A stretch of DNA of 64,000 nucleotides from Planctomycetota bacterium (GTDB lineage Bacteria; Planctomycetota; UBA1135; UBA2386): NCBI GenBank assembly GCA_046290465.1, contig JBKAGP010000001.1, positions 6,368,001-6,432,000 of the forward strand, read 5' to 3'. Numbering within the stretch: position 1 is the first letter of the stretch; the number at the start of each line of letters is the position of its first letter. The notes under the pieces are model-generated. The model was not told the DNA's origin, searched no databases, and saw only the letters and a list, made by a program, of their open reading frames with translations. The position numbers and the translations under genes were made by a program. Shown here one piece after another: positions 1 to 9,920 of the stretch.

Positions 1-2
1 GG

Positions 3-1904
3 TTCCAGCCGATGACCGGCTCGACCGCGGAGAAGCACGACAGCTTCGTCGACTTCCGCGGCGGCGAGCTGATCATGGAGTTCAGCGGCAAGTCGCTGAT
101 CAAGGGCGAGCCGGACGCCAGCTCGTTCCCGAGCGGCGGCCTGCGGGCGACGTTCGAGGCGCGCGGCTACACGGCGTGGGATCCGACCTCGCCGGCGTTC
201 ATCCGCGAAACCCGCAGCGGCGCGACGCTGTGCATCCCGACGGCGTTCTGCTCGTGGACGGGCGAAGCGCTCGACGAGAAGACGCCGCTGCTGCGCAGCG
301 CCGAGGCGCTCAACGGCGCCGCCTTGCGGGTGTTGCAGGCGATCGAGGTCGACACCATCCGGCACGTCTACCCGACGCTCGGCTGTGAGCAGGAGTACTT
401 CCTGATCGACCGCGACTTCTACGTGCTCCGGCCCGACCTGGTCGCGACCGGGCGCACGCTGTTCGGCGCCAAGCCGCCGAAGGGCCAGGAGCTCGAGGAC
501 CACTACTTCGGCTCGATCCCGCGCCGCGTGCTGTCGTTCATGCAGGACGTCGAGCAGGAGCTGTGGAAGCTCGGCGTGCCGGTCAAGACCCGCCACAACG
601 AGGTCGCGCCGACCCAGTACGAGCTGGCGCCGATCTTCGAGCGCTCGACCGTCGCATCGGACCACAACATGCTGACGATGGAGGTGCTGAAGCAGGTCGC
701 GCAGCGGCACGGCTTCCACTGCAACCTGCACGAGAAGCCCTACGCCGGCATCAACGGCAGCGGCAAGCACAACAACTGGGCGCTGTCGACCGACACCGGA
801 GAGAACCTGCTCGAGCCGGGCAAGTCGCCGGAGGAGAACCGTCGCTTCATCGTGATGCTCGCCGCGGTGCTGCGCGCGGTCGACCGCCACGCCGACCTGC
901 TGCGCGCGTCGATCGCGCACTCGGGCAACGACCACCGCCTCGGCGCCAACGAGGCGCCGCCGGCGATCCTGTCGGTCTACCTCGGCGAGCAGCTGACCGA
1001 GGTCGTCGACGGCCTGATCCGCGGCGAACGCGAGGCATCCCGCTCGGGCGACCTGATGAAGCTCGGCGTCACCGCGATGCCGCCGCTGCCGCGCGACGCC
1101 ACCGACCGCAACCGCACGTCGCCGTTCGCGTTCACCGGCAACAAGTTCGAGTTCCGCGCCGTCGGTTCGAGCCAGTCACCGTCCAAGCCGATGACGGTGC
1201 TCAACACCGCGGTCGCCGAATCGCTCGAGTTCCTGGCCAAGGACATCGAACGGCGTCGCGCCGAGGGTGCCGACAACCCGGTCGACGAGGCGGTCGCCGA
1301 CGTGCTGCGCGACCACCGGCGCATCGTCTTCAACGGCAACGGCTACTCGGACGAGTGGCGGATCGAGGCCGAGAAGCGCGGCCTGCCGAACACGCCGAAC
1401 GCGGTCGACGCGCTGCAGTGCCTGGGCGACCAGAAGAACGTCGAGCTGTTCGACGGCCTCGGCGTGCTGACGCCGGCTGAACTCGAGTCGCGCAAGAACA
1501 TCGCGCTCGAGTCGTACAGCAAGGCGATCGCGATCGAGGGCCAGAGCGCCCTGTCGATCGCCCGCACGATGATCCTGCCGGCGGCGCAGAAGACCCAGCG
1601 CGACGTCGCCGACAGCTTGTCGTCGGCGAAGATCCACGGGCTCGCGATCGAGAAGCAGTCCGAGCGCCTGCGCGACATGACGATGCGCATCGAGGCGTTC
1701 GTGCAGTGCATCGACGAACTCGCCGACGTGTTCGACAAGTGCGAACACCACGATGGCTCCGAGTTCGAGCACGCCAAGGCCTACCGCGACCTGGTGGTGC
1801 CGGCGATGAACCGCCTGCGCGAGCAGGCGGACCAGCTCGAGACGATGACCGACGACGACTACTGGCCGCTGCCGAAGTACCGCGAACTGCTGTTCCTGCA
1901 CTAG
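3..1904 (+). CDS. glnA: Glutamine synthetase type III (5' truncated by window edge)
   Basis: GSIII motifs [90 protein letters not shown] and C-terminal [11 protein letters not shown]. The frame is open to the window start. Confidence 0.95.
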   Translation, partial: FQPMTGSTAEKHDSFVDFRGGELIMEFSGKSLIKGEPDASSFPSGGLRATFEARGYTAWDPTSPAFIRETRSGATLCIPTAFCSWTGEALDEKTPLLRSAEALNGAALRVLQAIEVDTIRHVYPTLGCEQEYFLIDRDFYVLRPDLVATGRTLFGAKPPKGQELEDHYFGSIPRRVLSFMQDVEQELWKLGVPVKTRHNEVAPTQYELAPIFERSTVASDHNMLTMEVLKQVAQRHGFHCNLHEKPYAGINGSGKHNNWALSTDTGENLLEPGKSPEENRRFIVMLAAVLRAVDRHADLLRASIAHSGNDHRLGANEAPPAILSVYLGEQLTEVVDGLIRGEREASRSGDLMKLGVTAMPPLPRDATDRNRTSPFAFTGNKFEFRAVGSSQSPSKPMTVLNTAVAESLEFLAKDIERRRAEGADNPVDEAVADVLRDHRRIVFNGNGYSDEWRIEAEKRGLPNTPNAVDALQCLGDQKNVELFDGLGVLTPAELESRKNIALESYSKAIAIEGQSALSIARTMILPAAQKTQRDVADSLSSAKIHGLAIEKQSERLRDMTMRIEAFVQCIDELADVFDKCEHHDGSEFEHAKAYRDLVVPAMNRLREQADQLETMTDDDYWPLPKYRELLFLH

Positions 1905-1987
1905 GAGCGCGTCCATGTAGTGGACGCGCTGCCAACCGTGATCGCGGAAGCGGCGTGTAGGCGTGCGGACGGGGCTATGTCCACTAG
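1901..1987 (+). repeat. Family A intergenic repeat (REP/MITE-like), copy 1
   Basis: CTAG-bounded 87-nt unit with a perfect 10-bp hairpin AGCGCGTCCA-tgtag-TGGACGCGCT. A near-identical copy lies at 13393-13478. Confidence 0.85.
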
Positions 1988-2076
1988 CGGTGCGGGCGGC
2001 GTCGTTCGCGCCGCGGCGGGAATCCGCTGCGGGGGAGCGGGTCCATTTTGCGCACGGGTCTGGTATGACCCTGCGC

Positions 2077-2556
2077 ATGTCGATCCCCATCCGTCCTTCC
2101 GGCCGCGCGCTCGCGGCCGCCGCGCTGCTCGGCCTGCTGTCCGGCTGCAGCAACGAGCCCGCGCAGCCCCGCGAGGTCACCTTTGAGCTGACCGGCAACG
2201 ACCAGATGAAGTTCAGCCAGGAACGCTTCGAGGTCGACGCGCCGGCGAAGCTGACGATCCGGCTGAAGAACGTCGGCACGATGCTGAAGCAGACGATGGG
2301 CCACAACCTCGTGCTGCTGAAGAAGGGCGTCGACGTGCTCGAGTTCTCGGCGGACTGCGTGTCGGCGGGGCCGAATGCCGACAACGACTACCTGCCCGAA
2401 AAGGTGCGCGGGCAGGCCCTGGCGTGGACCAAGGTGCTCGGGCCGAACGAGCAGGACTCGCTGGTCGTCGACCTGAACGAGCCGGGCTCGTACGCCTACG
2501 TCTGCACGTTCCCCGGACACTTCGCCACGATGCGTGGCGTGATCCAGGTGAAGTGA
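2077..2556 (+). CDS. Azurin/plastocyanin-family blue copper lipoprotein
   Basis: Lipobox LLSGC, azurin motifs GNDQMKF and MGHN, and type-1 Cu ligand loop CTFPGHFATM. Confidence 0.9.
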   Translation: MSIPIRPSGRALAAAALLGLLSGCSNEPAQPREVTFELTGNDQMKFSQERFEVDAPAKLTIRLKNVGTMLKQTMGHNLVLLKKGVDVLEFSADCVSAGPNADNDYLPEKVRGQALAWTKVLGPNEQDSLVVDLNEPGSYAYVCTFPGHFATMRGVIQVK

Positions 2557-2598
2557 CGTGCGCTGCGCGCGCGCCTGCGCGCCGCGACGGCGCGAGCG

Positions 2599-3354
2599 CT
2601 ACTCGACCGTGATCTTGATCGTCTTCGACGCGAGCTGCTTGCCGTAGCTGCGGTGTGCCGCGTCGGCGAACTGCATCGTCAGCTCGTAGGTGCCCGGCTC
2701 GAGCTCGACCTTGGCTTCGGTCTGGGCCTTGCCGTAGTGCAGGTAGTCGCCGGTGTTCATCGGCAGCACCAGGCCCGGCGTCACCACGCCCTTGTTGATC
2801 GAGATGTGGTGGTGGCCCATGGTCTTGTCGAGCTGGTTCTCACCGGCCGGCGACATCGCGGCGCCGGTCATGCCGAAGCGCACCTGGAACGGCGACTTGA
2901 CGGTCGCGCCGTCCTTGGGCTCGAGCCACTGCACGCCGAGGTCCTTCGGGGTCGCCTCGACGGTGTACTCGACCTGCTTGTGCTTGTCGGTCGCCTTGCC
3001 GTCCTTGTCGAAGTGGTGCACGTGCACGGTCTGCTTGCCGGTCGGCAGCTTGACGTAGCCAGCGGTCTTGCCCGCCTCGAACGCCATCGCGCCGTCGGGC
3101 ATCGCGTCGCCGACCGCGAGGCCTTCGCCGCCGACGACGACGGCGATCGTGCCCTCGACGCTGCCTTCCTTGGCCGGGTCGCCGACGTAGATGCCGGTGT
3201 CGGCGAACACCGTCGAACCGCTCTCCGGCCAGACCACGAACGACAGCGGCGCGGCGTCGCCGCCGCCCTGGTTTGCGGGCTTGGGTTCTTCGGTCGAGCA
3301 GGCGGAGAAGGCCAGCAGGGCGCCGGCGCACAGCAGGGACAGATGCAGCTTCAT
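2599..3354 (-). CDS. DUF4399-like lipoprotein (two related Ig-like modules)
   Basis: Lipobox AFSAC. C-terminal module EPKDGATVKSPFQVRFG...GHHHI...HYGKAQTE...LEPGTYELTMQFADAAH resembles DUF4399. The N-terminal module is a degenerate copy. Confidence 0.75.
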   Translation of the reverse strand: MKLHLSLLCAGALLAFSACSTEEPKPANQGGGDAAPLSFVVWPESGSTVFADTGIYVGDPAKEGSVEGTIAVVVGGEGLAVGDAMPDGAMAFEAGKTAGYVKLPTGKQTVHVHHFDKDGKATDKHKQVEYTVEATPKDLGVQWLEPKDGATVKSPFQVRFGMTGAAMSPAGENQLDKTMGHHHISINKGVVTPGLVLPMNTGDYLHYGKAQTEAKVELEPGTYELTMQFADAAHRSYGKQLASKTIKITVE

Positions 3355-3531
3355 GGTTCGGGCGGGGGTCTGAACGGGGTCGGGGTCAGCCGGTGAGCAT
3401 AGGCTCGGGCCGCACCTGGGCCACGAATCATCCGTTGCCAAGGGGGCGAGAGGGCCCACGGTGCCGCAATTCGGGCTGGCCGCACGCAGGCGGCAGTCCG
3501 TTCGCGCTCTGCGCGTGCAGCGCGGCTCGGA

Positions 3532-4758
3532 TCAGTTTGCCCGCTGCAGCTGCAGCAGCGGCAGCACGATCGCGATCACGATGCCGGCGACCACGGCCGC
3601 GAGCAGCACGATGATGATCGGCTCGAGGATGCTGGTCAGCTTGGACGTGGCCAGGTCGACCTCCTCGTCGTAGGTCGCGCTGATGCGCTCGAGCATCTCC
3701 TCGAGGTTGCCGGCCTGCTCGCCGACGCCGACCATGTAGGAGATCGTCGGCGGGAACGCGCCGGACATCTTCATCGGGGTCGCGATGTCGGTGCCCTCGA
3801 CGACGCGGTCGTGCACGTTCTGCAGGGCGTTCTGCAGCACCTTGTTGTCGAGCACGTTCTTGGTGATCGAGATCGCCTGCAGCGCCGGCACGCCGGAGCG
3901 CAGCAGCGTCGCCAGCGTGATCGAGAAGCGGGCCATCGCCTGCTTGCGCGCCAGGTCGCCGAACACGGGCAGCTTCAGCTTGAAGTTGTCCCAGGCCAGG
4001 CGGCCCTTGTCGCTGTTGACGAACATCTGGAACGCGATCACGAGGCACAGCGCGCCGACCATGACCAGCAGCCAGTAGTTGACCAGGAACTCCGAGCAGG
4101 CGACCAGGATCTGGGTCGGCAGCGGCAGGTCCTGGCCGCGCCCCTTGATCAGCTGGGTCACGCGCGGCACGACCGCGGTCATCAGGATCGCGACGACGAT
4201 GACGCCGACGATCATCATGATCATCGGGTAGATCATCGCGGCGCCGACCTTGTTCTTCAGGCGCGTCTGGGCCTGCAGGAACTGCGCGAGGCGCACCAGC
4301 ACCTGGTCGAGCGCGCCCGACGACTCGCCGGCGCGCACCATGTTGGAGTACAGCTCGGTGAAGTAGGCGGGGTGCTGCAGCACCGCGTCGCCGAGCGGCA
4401 TGCCCTGCGTGACCTTCTCGCGGATGTCGCGGAACACGCTCTCGACCTTCTTGTCGGGGGCCTGCTCGATGATCATGCGCAGCGCCTCGGCCAGCGGGAT
4501 GCCGGCCTGCAGCAGCGAGGCCATCTGGCGGGTCACCGCGGCGATCTGCTCGGTGCGGTACTTGTTGGGCGAGTCGACGCCGGTGACACCCTTGATCGAG
4601 ACGGCCGCCTTCTTCTTGCCGCGCGACTCCTTGATGTCGGTGACGAACAGCGCGTCCCGCTTGAGCTTGAGGCGGGCGTCGCGCGGGGTGTCCGCGTCGA
4701 TGATGCCCTTCTTGACCCGGTTGTCCGAGTCGATCGCCTTGTATTCGAAGATCGGCAT
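3532..4758 (-). CDS. gspF: Type II secretion system inner-membrane platform protein F
   Basis: MPIFEYKAID start, RQMASLLQAGIPL, AGESSGALD, AMIYP, GEQAGNLEEML, LEP. Follows gspE. Confidence 0.92.
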   Translation of the reverse strand: MPIFEYKAIDSDNRVKKGIIDADTPRDARLKLKRDALFVTDIKESRGKKKAAVSIKGVTGVDSPNKYRTEQIAAVTRQMASLLQAGIPLAEALRMIIEQAPDKKVESVFRDIREKVTQGMPLGDAVLQHPAYFTELYSNMVRAGESSGALDQVLVRLAQFLQAQTRLKNKVGAAMIYPMIMMIVGVIVVAILMTAVVPRVTQLIKGRGQDLPLPTQILVACSEFLVNYWLLVMVGALCLVIAFQMFVNSDKGRLAWDNFKLKLPVFGDLARKQAMARFSITLATLLRSGVPALQAISITKNVLDNKVLQNALQNVHDRVVEGTDIATPMKMSGAFPPTISYMVGVGEQAGNLEEMLERISATYDEEVDLATSKLTSILEPIIIVLLAAVVAGIVIAIVLPLLQLQRAN

Positions 4759-4810
4759 GAAGTGGTGGGGGCGCCGGGATCAGCTGGGACGAGCAGAGAG
4801 GTCGGTCGGA

Positions 4811-6571
4811 TCAGGTGACGTCGAGCTGGGTGACGCGCAGGACCTCTTCCGGCGTCGTCATCCCGTTCATCAGCTTGTTGATGCCGTCCATGCGCAGGGT
4901 GCGCAGGCCGCGCTCGAGCGCGCCCCGCTTGATCTCGCTGGCGGTCGCCTTGTTGATGATCTGCTCCTGCACCACGGTGTCGATCGGCATCACCTCGTAG
5001 ATGGCCGTGCGGCCCGAGAAGCCCGAACGGAAGCACTCGTCGCAGCCCTTGCCGACCCACAGCTTGCCGTCGGTCAGCTGGTCCGGGGTCAGCTGCAGGT
5101 CCTCGAGGTAGAAGCGCTGCTGTTCGCTCGGCGTGACCGGCTCGCGGCAGTTGGGGCAGATCGTGCGCAGCAGGCGCTGCGCGATCACGCACAGCAGCGA
5201 CGACGACACCAGGTAGGGCTCGACGCCGATGTCGATCAGGCGCGAGACCGTCGAGGCGGAGTCGTTGGTGTGCACCGTCGAGAACACCAGGTGGCCGGTC
5301 AGCGCCGCGCGGATCGCGATGTCGGCGGTCTCGTTGTCGCGGACCTCACCGACCATCATCACGTCCGGGTCCTGACGCAGGAACGAACGCAGGCCGGCCG
5401 CGAACGTCAGGCCCTTCTTGGTGTTGACCTGGACCTGGCTGATGCCGTCGAGGTTGTATTCGACCGGGTCCTCGATGGTCAGGATGTTGAGCTCCGGCGC
5501 GTTGATCGCGTCGAGGCAGGCGTAGAGCGTCGTGGTCTTGCCGGAGCCGGTCGGGCCGGTCACGAAGATCACGCCGTGGCTGTAGTTGATGTAGCGGCGG
5601 ATCGTGCGCTCGGCGTCCTCCTCGAGGCCGATGTCGTCGAGCGCGTAGACCTTGGTGGTCTTGTCGAGGATCCGGAACACGATGCGTTCGCCACCGGCGA
5701 CCGGCACCGTCGAGATCCGCACGTCGACGTCGCCGTCGCCGATACGGATCGACGCGCGGCCGTCCTGCGGCAGGCGGCGCTCGGCGATGTCCATCTTGCC
5801 CATGACCTTGACGCGGGAGACGATCGCCTCCTGCGCCCGGCGCGGGATCGACTCCATGTCGTAGAGCACGCCGTCGATGCGCATGCGCACCTGCAGGCGG
5901 TCGCCGTAGGGCTGCAGGTGGATGTCCGAGGCGCGCAGCTTGAGGGCCTGGAACAGCAGCATGTTGACCAGCTTGATGACCGGCGCCTTGTTGGCGTCGA
6001 GCAGGTCCTCCGACTCCTCGATGTTCTCGGCGATCGAGACGATGTCGGTGTCCTTGACGTCCTGCAGCGCCTCGTCGACGCCGTCGGCCTTGTGGCGGTA
6101 GGCGCGGTTGATCAGGTTGTTGATCTCGCTGCGCCGCGCCAGCACCGCCTCGACCTCGCGGCCCATCATGGTCGCCAGGTCGTCCATCGGCTGCACGTCG
6201 AGCGGCCGGTGGGTGACGACGCGGATGGTGTCGTCGACCTCGTCCTCACCGATCGCGATCAGCGCGTGGGTGCGCGCGAACTGCACCGGCACGTCCTGGA
6301 TGAACGCGTCGGGCACGTTGACGCCCTCGAGGCTGTCGACGTAGTCGATGCCGAGCAGGTCCCCGAACAGCTCGAGGCACGCCTTCTCCTGCAGGAAGCC
6401 CTTCTGGATCAGCACCTGGTCGAGCTGCTGCTCGCCGTCGCGCTCCTCCAGCAGCGCCTCCTGGATCTGGGCATCGCTGAGGCCGGCCTTCTTCAGCAGG
6501 CTCTGGCGGATGCGATCCTGGGGGAAACCGCCGCTCTCGGGGGCGTCGGTGGTGGGCGTGGTGTCCGTCAT
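4811..6571 (-). CDS. gspE: Type II secretion system ATPase E
   Basis: ASDIH, MDIAERRLPQDG, Walker [49 protein letters not shown] and the tetracysteine CPNC..CDEC. Confidence 0.95.
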   Translation of the reverse strand: MTDTTPTTDAPESGGFPQDRIRQSLLKKAGLSDAQIQEALLEERDGEQQLDQVLIQKGFLQEKACLELFGDLLGIDYVDSLEGVNVPDAFIQDVPVQFARTHALIAIGEDEVDDTIRVVTHRPLDVQPMDDLATMMGREVEAVLARRSEINNLINRAYRHKADGVDEALQDVKDTDIVSIAENIEESEDLLDANKAPVIKLVNMLLFQALKLRASDIHLQPYGDRLQVRMRIDGVLYDMESIPRRAQEAIVSRVKVMGKMDIAERRLPQDGRASIRIGDGDVDVRISTVPVAGGERIVFRILDKTTKVYALDDIGLEEDAERTIRRYINYSHGVIFVTGPTGSGKTTTLYACLDAINAPELNILTIEDPVEYNLDGISQVQVNTKKGLTFAAGLRSFLRQDPDVMMVGEVRDNETADIAIRAALTGHLVFSTVHTNDSASTVSRLIDIGVEPYLVSSSLLCVIAQRLLRTICPNCREPVTPSEQQRFYLEDLQLTPDQLTDGKLWVGKGCDECFRSGFSGRTAIYEVMPIDTVVQEQIINKATASEIKRGALERGLRTLRMDGINKLMNGMTTPEEVLRVTQLDVT

Positions 6572-6663
6572 CTGTCTGGCTGCGGTTGGGTGCGGTAGGT
6601 CGCGACGGGCCCCGGCGGAGCGGCGCCCGTGCGAAGGGCCGGCGCCGGGGCGTCGGCGGGGGG

Positions 6664-9015
6664 TCAGCGCGGCGCCCGGATCGGCTCGCCCGGGGTCCGG
6701 ATCGGCTCGCCCGGCGCGTTCGGGCCCGGCGTGCTGCGCGAGCGCCGGTAGGTCGGCATCTCGTACTCGCCCTGCGTGTCGAGGTCCTCGATGGTCGCGC
6801 CGAGGTCCTCGAGCGTGCGCGCGCCGCCGGCGGTGTTGCCCGACCAGCGATGGTCGATGATGCGCAGGCGGCGTTCGCCGATGTAGTCCTGCGCCTCGAG
6901 CTTCTTCTGCAGCGACACGTGGTAGAGGTCCTGGAAGCTGTCCTCGTCGAGGATCGTCGGCGTCACGAAGAAGTAGAGGTTGGTCTTGTTCGTGGTCGCC
7001 TCGCTGCGGCGGAACAGGATGCCGAGGATCGGGATGTCCTTGAGGATCGGGATGCCGCCGTCGCTCTGCGACTCGGAGTCCTCGATCACCCCGCCGATGA
7101 TCATCGTCGCGTCGGACGGCATCGTCACCTGCGTCTGGATGTAGCGGCTCAGGGTGATGCCGCCACCGGTCACCGAGTTGGGGTCGAACGCGCCGACGAA
7201 GCGGCTGACCTCGAGCGTGATGTTGAGGCGCAGGTAGTTGTTGGGCGAGATCGTCGGCGAGATCTCGAGCGTGATGCCGGCCTCACGCGGGGCGCCGACC
7301 CCGGACTGCGTGGTCGCGGTGCCCTGGTTCTGGGTCTGCGTCGGACGCGACTCGGTGGTGCGCACGACCGCGGTCTCGTTGTTGTTCACCAGCACGCTCG
7401 GCAGCGACAGGATGTTGGCCTTGTCGTCGGTCGACAGCGCGTTGATCAGGATCGGGACCGCGAAGCCGTCGCCCGAGATGATGCCGCCGGTGACGCCCTG
7501 CAGCGGGTTGTCGAAGTCGGGCAGGCGGGTGTCCGGCAGGCCGTCGTCGTCGGTGTCCTGGAACGCCGACTGGCCGAAGCTGGTGAAGCCGAAGCCGCGC
7601 GTGAAGTCGGTCTCGTCGCCGGTCGGCAGGTCGAGCAGGCCGAGCTCGACGCCGAAGCGGTCGAGGTCGCCGGTGGTCAGTTCGACCAGCGCGGCCTCGA
7701 TCAGCACCTGCGGCTGCCGCTGGTCGAGCTTGTCGATCAGCGCCAGCACCTGCTTGTACTTGGTGCCCGCGGCCGAGATCAGCAGCGAGTTGGACTCCTT
7801 GTGCGAGTTGATCACCGTGCGGCGGGTGCGGCGCGCCGAAGCGGCGCCGGCACCGCCGGGGGCCTGGGCCTGCTGCTCGGCCTGGTTGTCCTCCTGCATG
7901 AACGTCTTCAGCGTCGTCTCGAGGTCCTCGGCGAGCACGTTCTTCAGGTAGATGACGTTGGCCGACGCGTCGATCGGCGCGCCCGGGATGTCGAGGCGGG
8001 CGATCAGCTCGAGCGCCTCGTTTACCTGCTCGCCGGTGCCGCTGAGCACCAGCGCGTTCTGCGAGCTGTGCACGACGACCTTGAGCTGCGGCTTGGCGCT
8101 GCCGGCGCTGACCGCGCCCGGGTTGCCGGCGCTCTTCTCCTGCAGCACCTGCTGGCGGATCTGGCTGCGGCTCTCGAGCACTTCGGTCAGGATCGGCTCG
8201 ATCTCCTCCGGCGCCTGGTTGTCGAGCACGACCACCTGCACGACCAGGTTGGGTTCTTCGGCCGGCTCGTCGACCAGCTTCAGCAGTTCGACCGCGGAGT
8301 AGACCTGCGGGCCGAAGCCCTGCAGCAGCAGGGCCGACTTGTTGCCGACGTTGCCGATCTGCACCGAGCTGCCGGCGGTGGTGCCGCCGGTGCCGGCGAA
8401 GAACGGCCGCAGCGCGTTGTTGGCCAGCTGCGCGTTGATGTGCTTGAGCGGCACCGTCGTCAGGATCGGCACGCCGGTCTGGAAGCGGTAGCTCGGCAGT
8501 TCGTCGGGGGTGACGTAGCGGGCGCCGTTGGTCACCTCGCGGCCGCGCTGGCCGGTCATCATGACGATCTCGAGCATCTCGAGGTCGCCGTCGCCCCGCG
8601 GGACCACGGCGAAGCCCTTGATGTAGAGCATCGTCTGGAAGAACGAGAAGAAGTCCTCCTCGAACCGGTCGCGCTTGATCCGGAACGTGCCGAGGAAGCT
8701 GACCACGCTGCCCTGGGTGCTGCCGGTCGTCAGCTCGGTGGGGTTGTAGGTGAACCGCTTGTTGGTCACCTCCTGCGCCCACTTGATGAACTCGGTCAGC
8801 GGCATGCCGTTGCTCTCGTTCATCGAGAACGCGATCGTGTCGGTCGCTTCGTCGACCTCCATGACCGGCTTGACCGGGTCCTGGGTGGACGGATTTGACG
8901 TCTCGGTCTCGTTCTGCGCGGCGGCGAGCGGAGCCAGCGCGAACAGCGCGACGGCGGTAAGGAGCACCCTGGTGAGCGGGCGCAGACGGAGGAGCTGGAC
9001 GTGGTCGACCATCAT
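6664..9015 (-). CDS. gspD: Type II secretion system secretin D
   Basis: Signal peptide, N-domain repeats, QVLIEAALVE, ANILSLPSVLVNNNETA, GITLEISPTI, GIPILKDIPILGILFR, NLYFFVTPTI. Start at 9015 or 9012. Confidence 0.92.
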   Translation of the reverse strand: MMVDHVQLLRLRPLTRVLLTAVALFALAPLAAAQNETETSNPSTQDPVKPVMEVDEATDTIAFSMNESNGMPLTEFIKWAQEVTNKRFTYNPTELTTGSTQGSVVSFLGTFRIKRDRFEEDFFSFFQTMLYIKGFAVVPRGDGDLEMLEIVMMTGQRGREVTNGARYVTPDELPSYRFQTGVPILTTVPLKHINAQLANNALRPFFAGTGGTTAGSSVQIGNVGNKSALLLQGFGPQVYSAVELLKLVDEPAEEPNLVVQVVVLDNQAPEEIEPILTEVLESRSQIRQQVLQEKSAGNPGAVSAGSAKPQLKVVVHSSQNALVLSGTGEQVNEALELIARLDIPGAPIDASANVIYLKNVLAEDLETTLKTFMQEDNQAEQQAQAPGGAGAASARRTRRTVINSHKESNSLLISAAGTKYKQVLALIDKLDQRQPQVLIEAALVELTTGDLDRFGVELGLLDLPTGDETDFTRGFGFTSFGQSAFQDTDDDGLPDTRLPDFDNPLQGVTGGIISGDGFAVPILINALSTDDKANILSLPSVLVNNNETAVVRTTESRPTQTQNQGTATTQSGVGAPREAGITLEISPTISPNNYLRLNITLEVSRFVGAFDPNSVTGGGITLSRYIQTQVTMPSDATMIIGGVIEDSESQSDGGIPILKDIPILGILFRRSEATTNKTNLYFFVTPTILDEDSFQDLYHVSLQKKLEAQDYIGERRLRIIDHRWSGNTAGGARTLEDLGATIEDLDTQGEYEMPTYRRSRSTPGPNAPGEPIRTPGEPIRAPR

Positions 9016-9291
9016 CGTTTTGGCTTCGGGTCCCGGACTTGGCGGGGACACACGGATTCCGCCTCGGACTGGCGGTGGCAGGTTTTTATTTCCGCGGTCT
9101 GTCACGAACCAGGACGAACCCGAAGGATGCGCCGGTCTTGCGACAATTGCCGCGATGCCACCGCAACGCTGAGGGCCGCCTGCGACCCACCGTCCGACAA
9201 CCTTCGCAGATTCCGATTGCGTTGATGCCGCAGCAGGGGTTGCATTCGTGGGACACCGCACGGGGTGACCCGGCGGTGCCGAACGCGGGCC

Positions 9292-9762
9292 ATGAAGCTC
9301 TCCGAACTGATCCACGAAAAGCTGGTCGAAGTGCCGCTGAAGGCGGCCGACAAGTGGCAGGCTCTCGCCACGATCGCCCGCGTGCCGGTGCGCGCCGGGT
9401 CCTACCCCGAATCGATGGTCGAGACCGTCGAGCAGGCGCTGGTCGTGCGCGAGAAGAGCATGACCACCGGCATGGAGCACGGCATCGCGATCCCGCACGC
9501 GGCGATCGACGGCATCGACGAGCTGGTCGCCGTGCTCGGCCTCAATCCGGGCGGGATCCCGTTCGAGACGCTCGACGGTGAGCCGGCCCGGATCGTGATC
9601 GGCCTGGTGATCCCGCGCAGCAAGAAGCTGCAGCACATCAAGACGCTGGCCGAGATCGCCAAGCTGCTGTCGAAGGCAGACGTGCGCGAGCGGCTGCTGG
9701 CGTGCACGACCGCCGCCGAGGCGGTCAGCGCGCTGGCCGAACTCCAGGGCGTCGCCCGCTAA
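9292..9762 (+). CDS. PTS EIIA (fructose/mannitol/Ntr-type) domain protein
   Basis: REKSMTTGMEHGIAIPHA with the phospho-accepting His, plus GIPFETLDGEPARIV and HIKTLAEIAKLL. Confidence 0.9.
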   Translation: MKLSELIHEKLVEVPLKAADKWQALATIARVPVRAGSYPESMVETVEQALVVREKSMTTGMEHGIAIPHAAIDGIDELVAVLGLNPGGIPFETLDGEPARIVIGLVIPRSKKLQHIKTLAEIAKLLSKADVRERLLACTTAAEAVSALAELQGVAR

Positions 9763-9920
9763 GGCCCCGGCGTTCGCCTAGACGCGGCAGCATCGCAGCC
9801 TTGGCCACCCCCGCGCCCCGAGGGCCCGCACCGACGGGCATCGACGCCGTGTCGTCGCGCTCCGTCCGCCACGTGTCGGCGGCCGAATGCAGGCTGTCGC
9901 GACCGGGTATCCTGTTCGAG

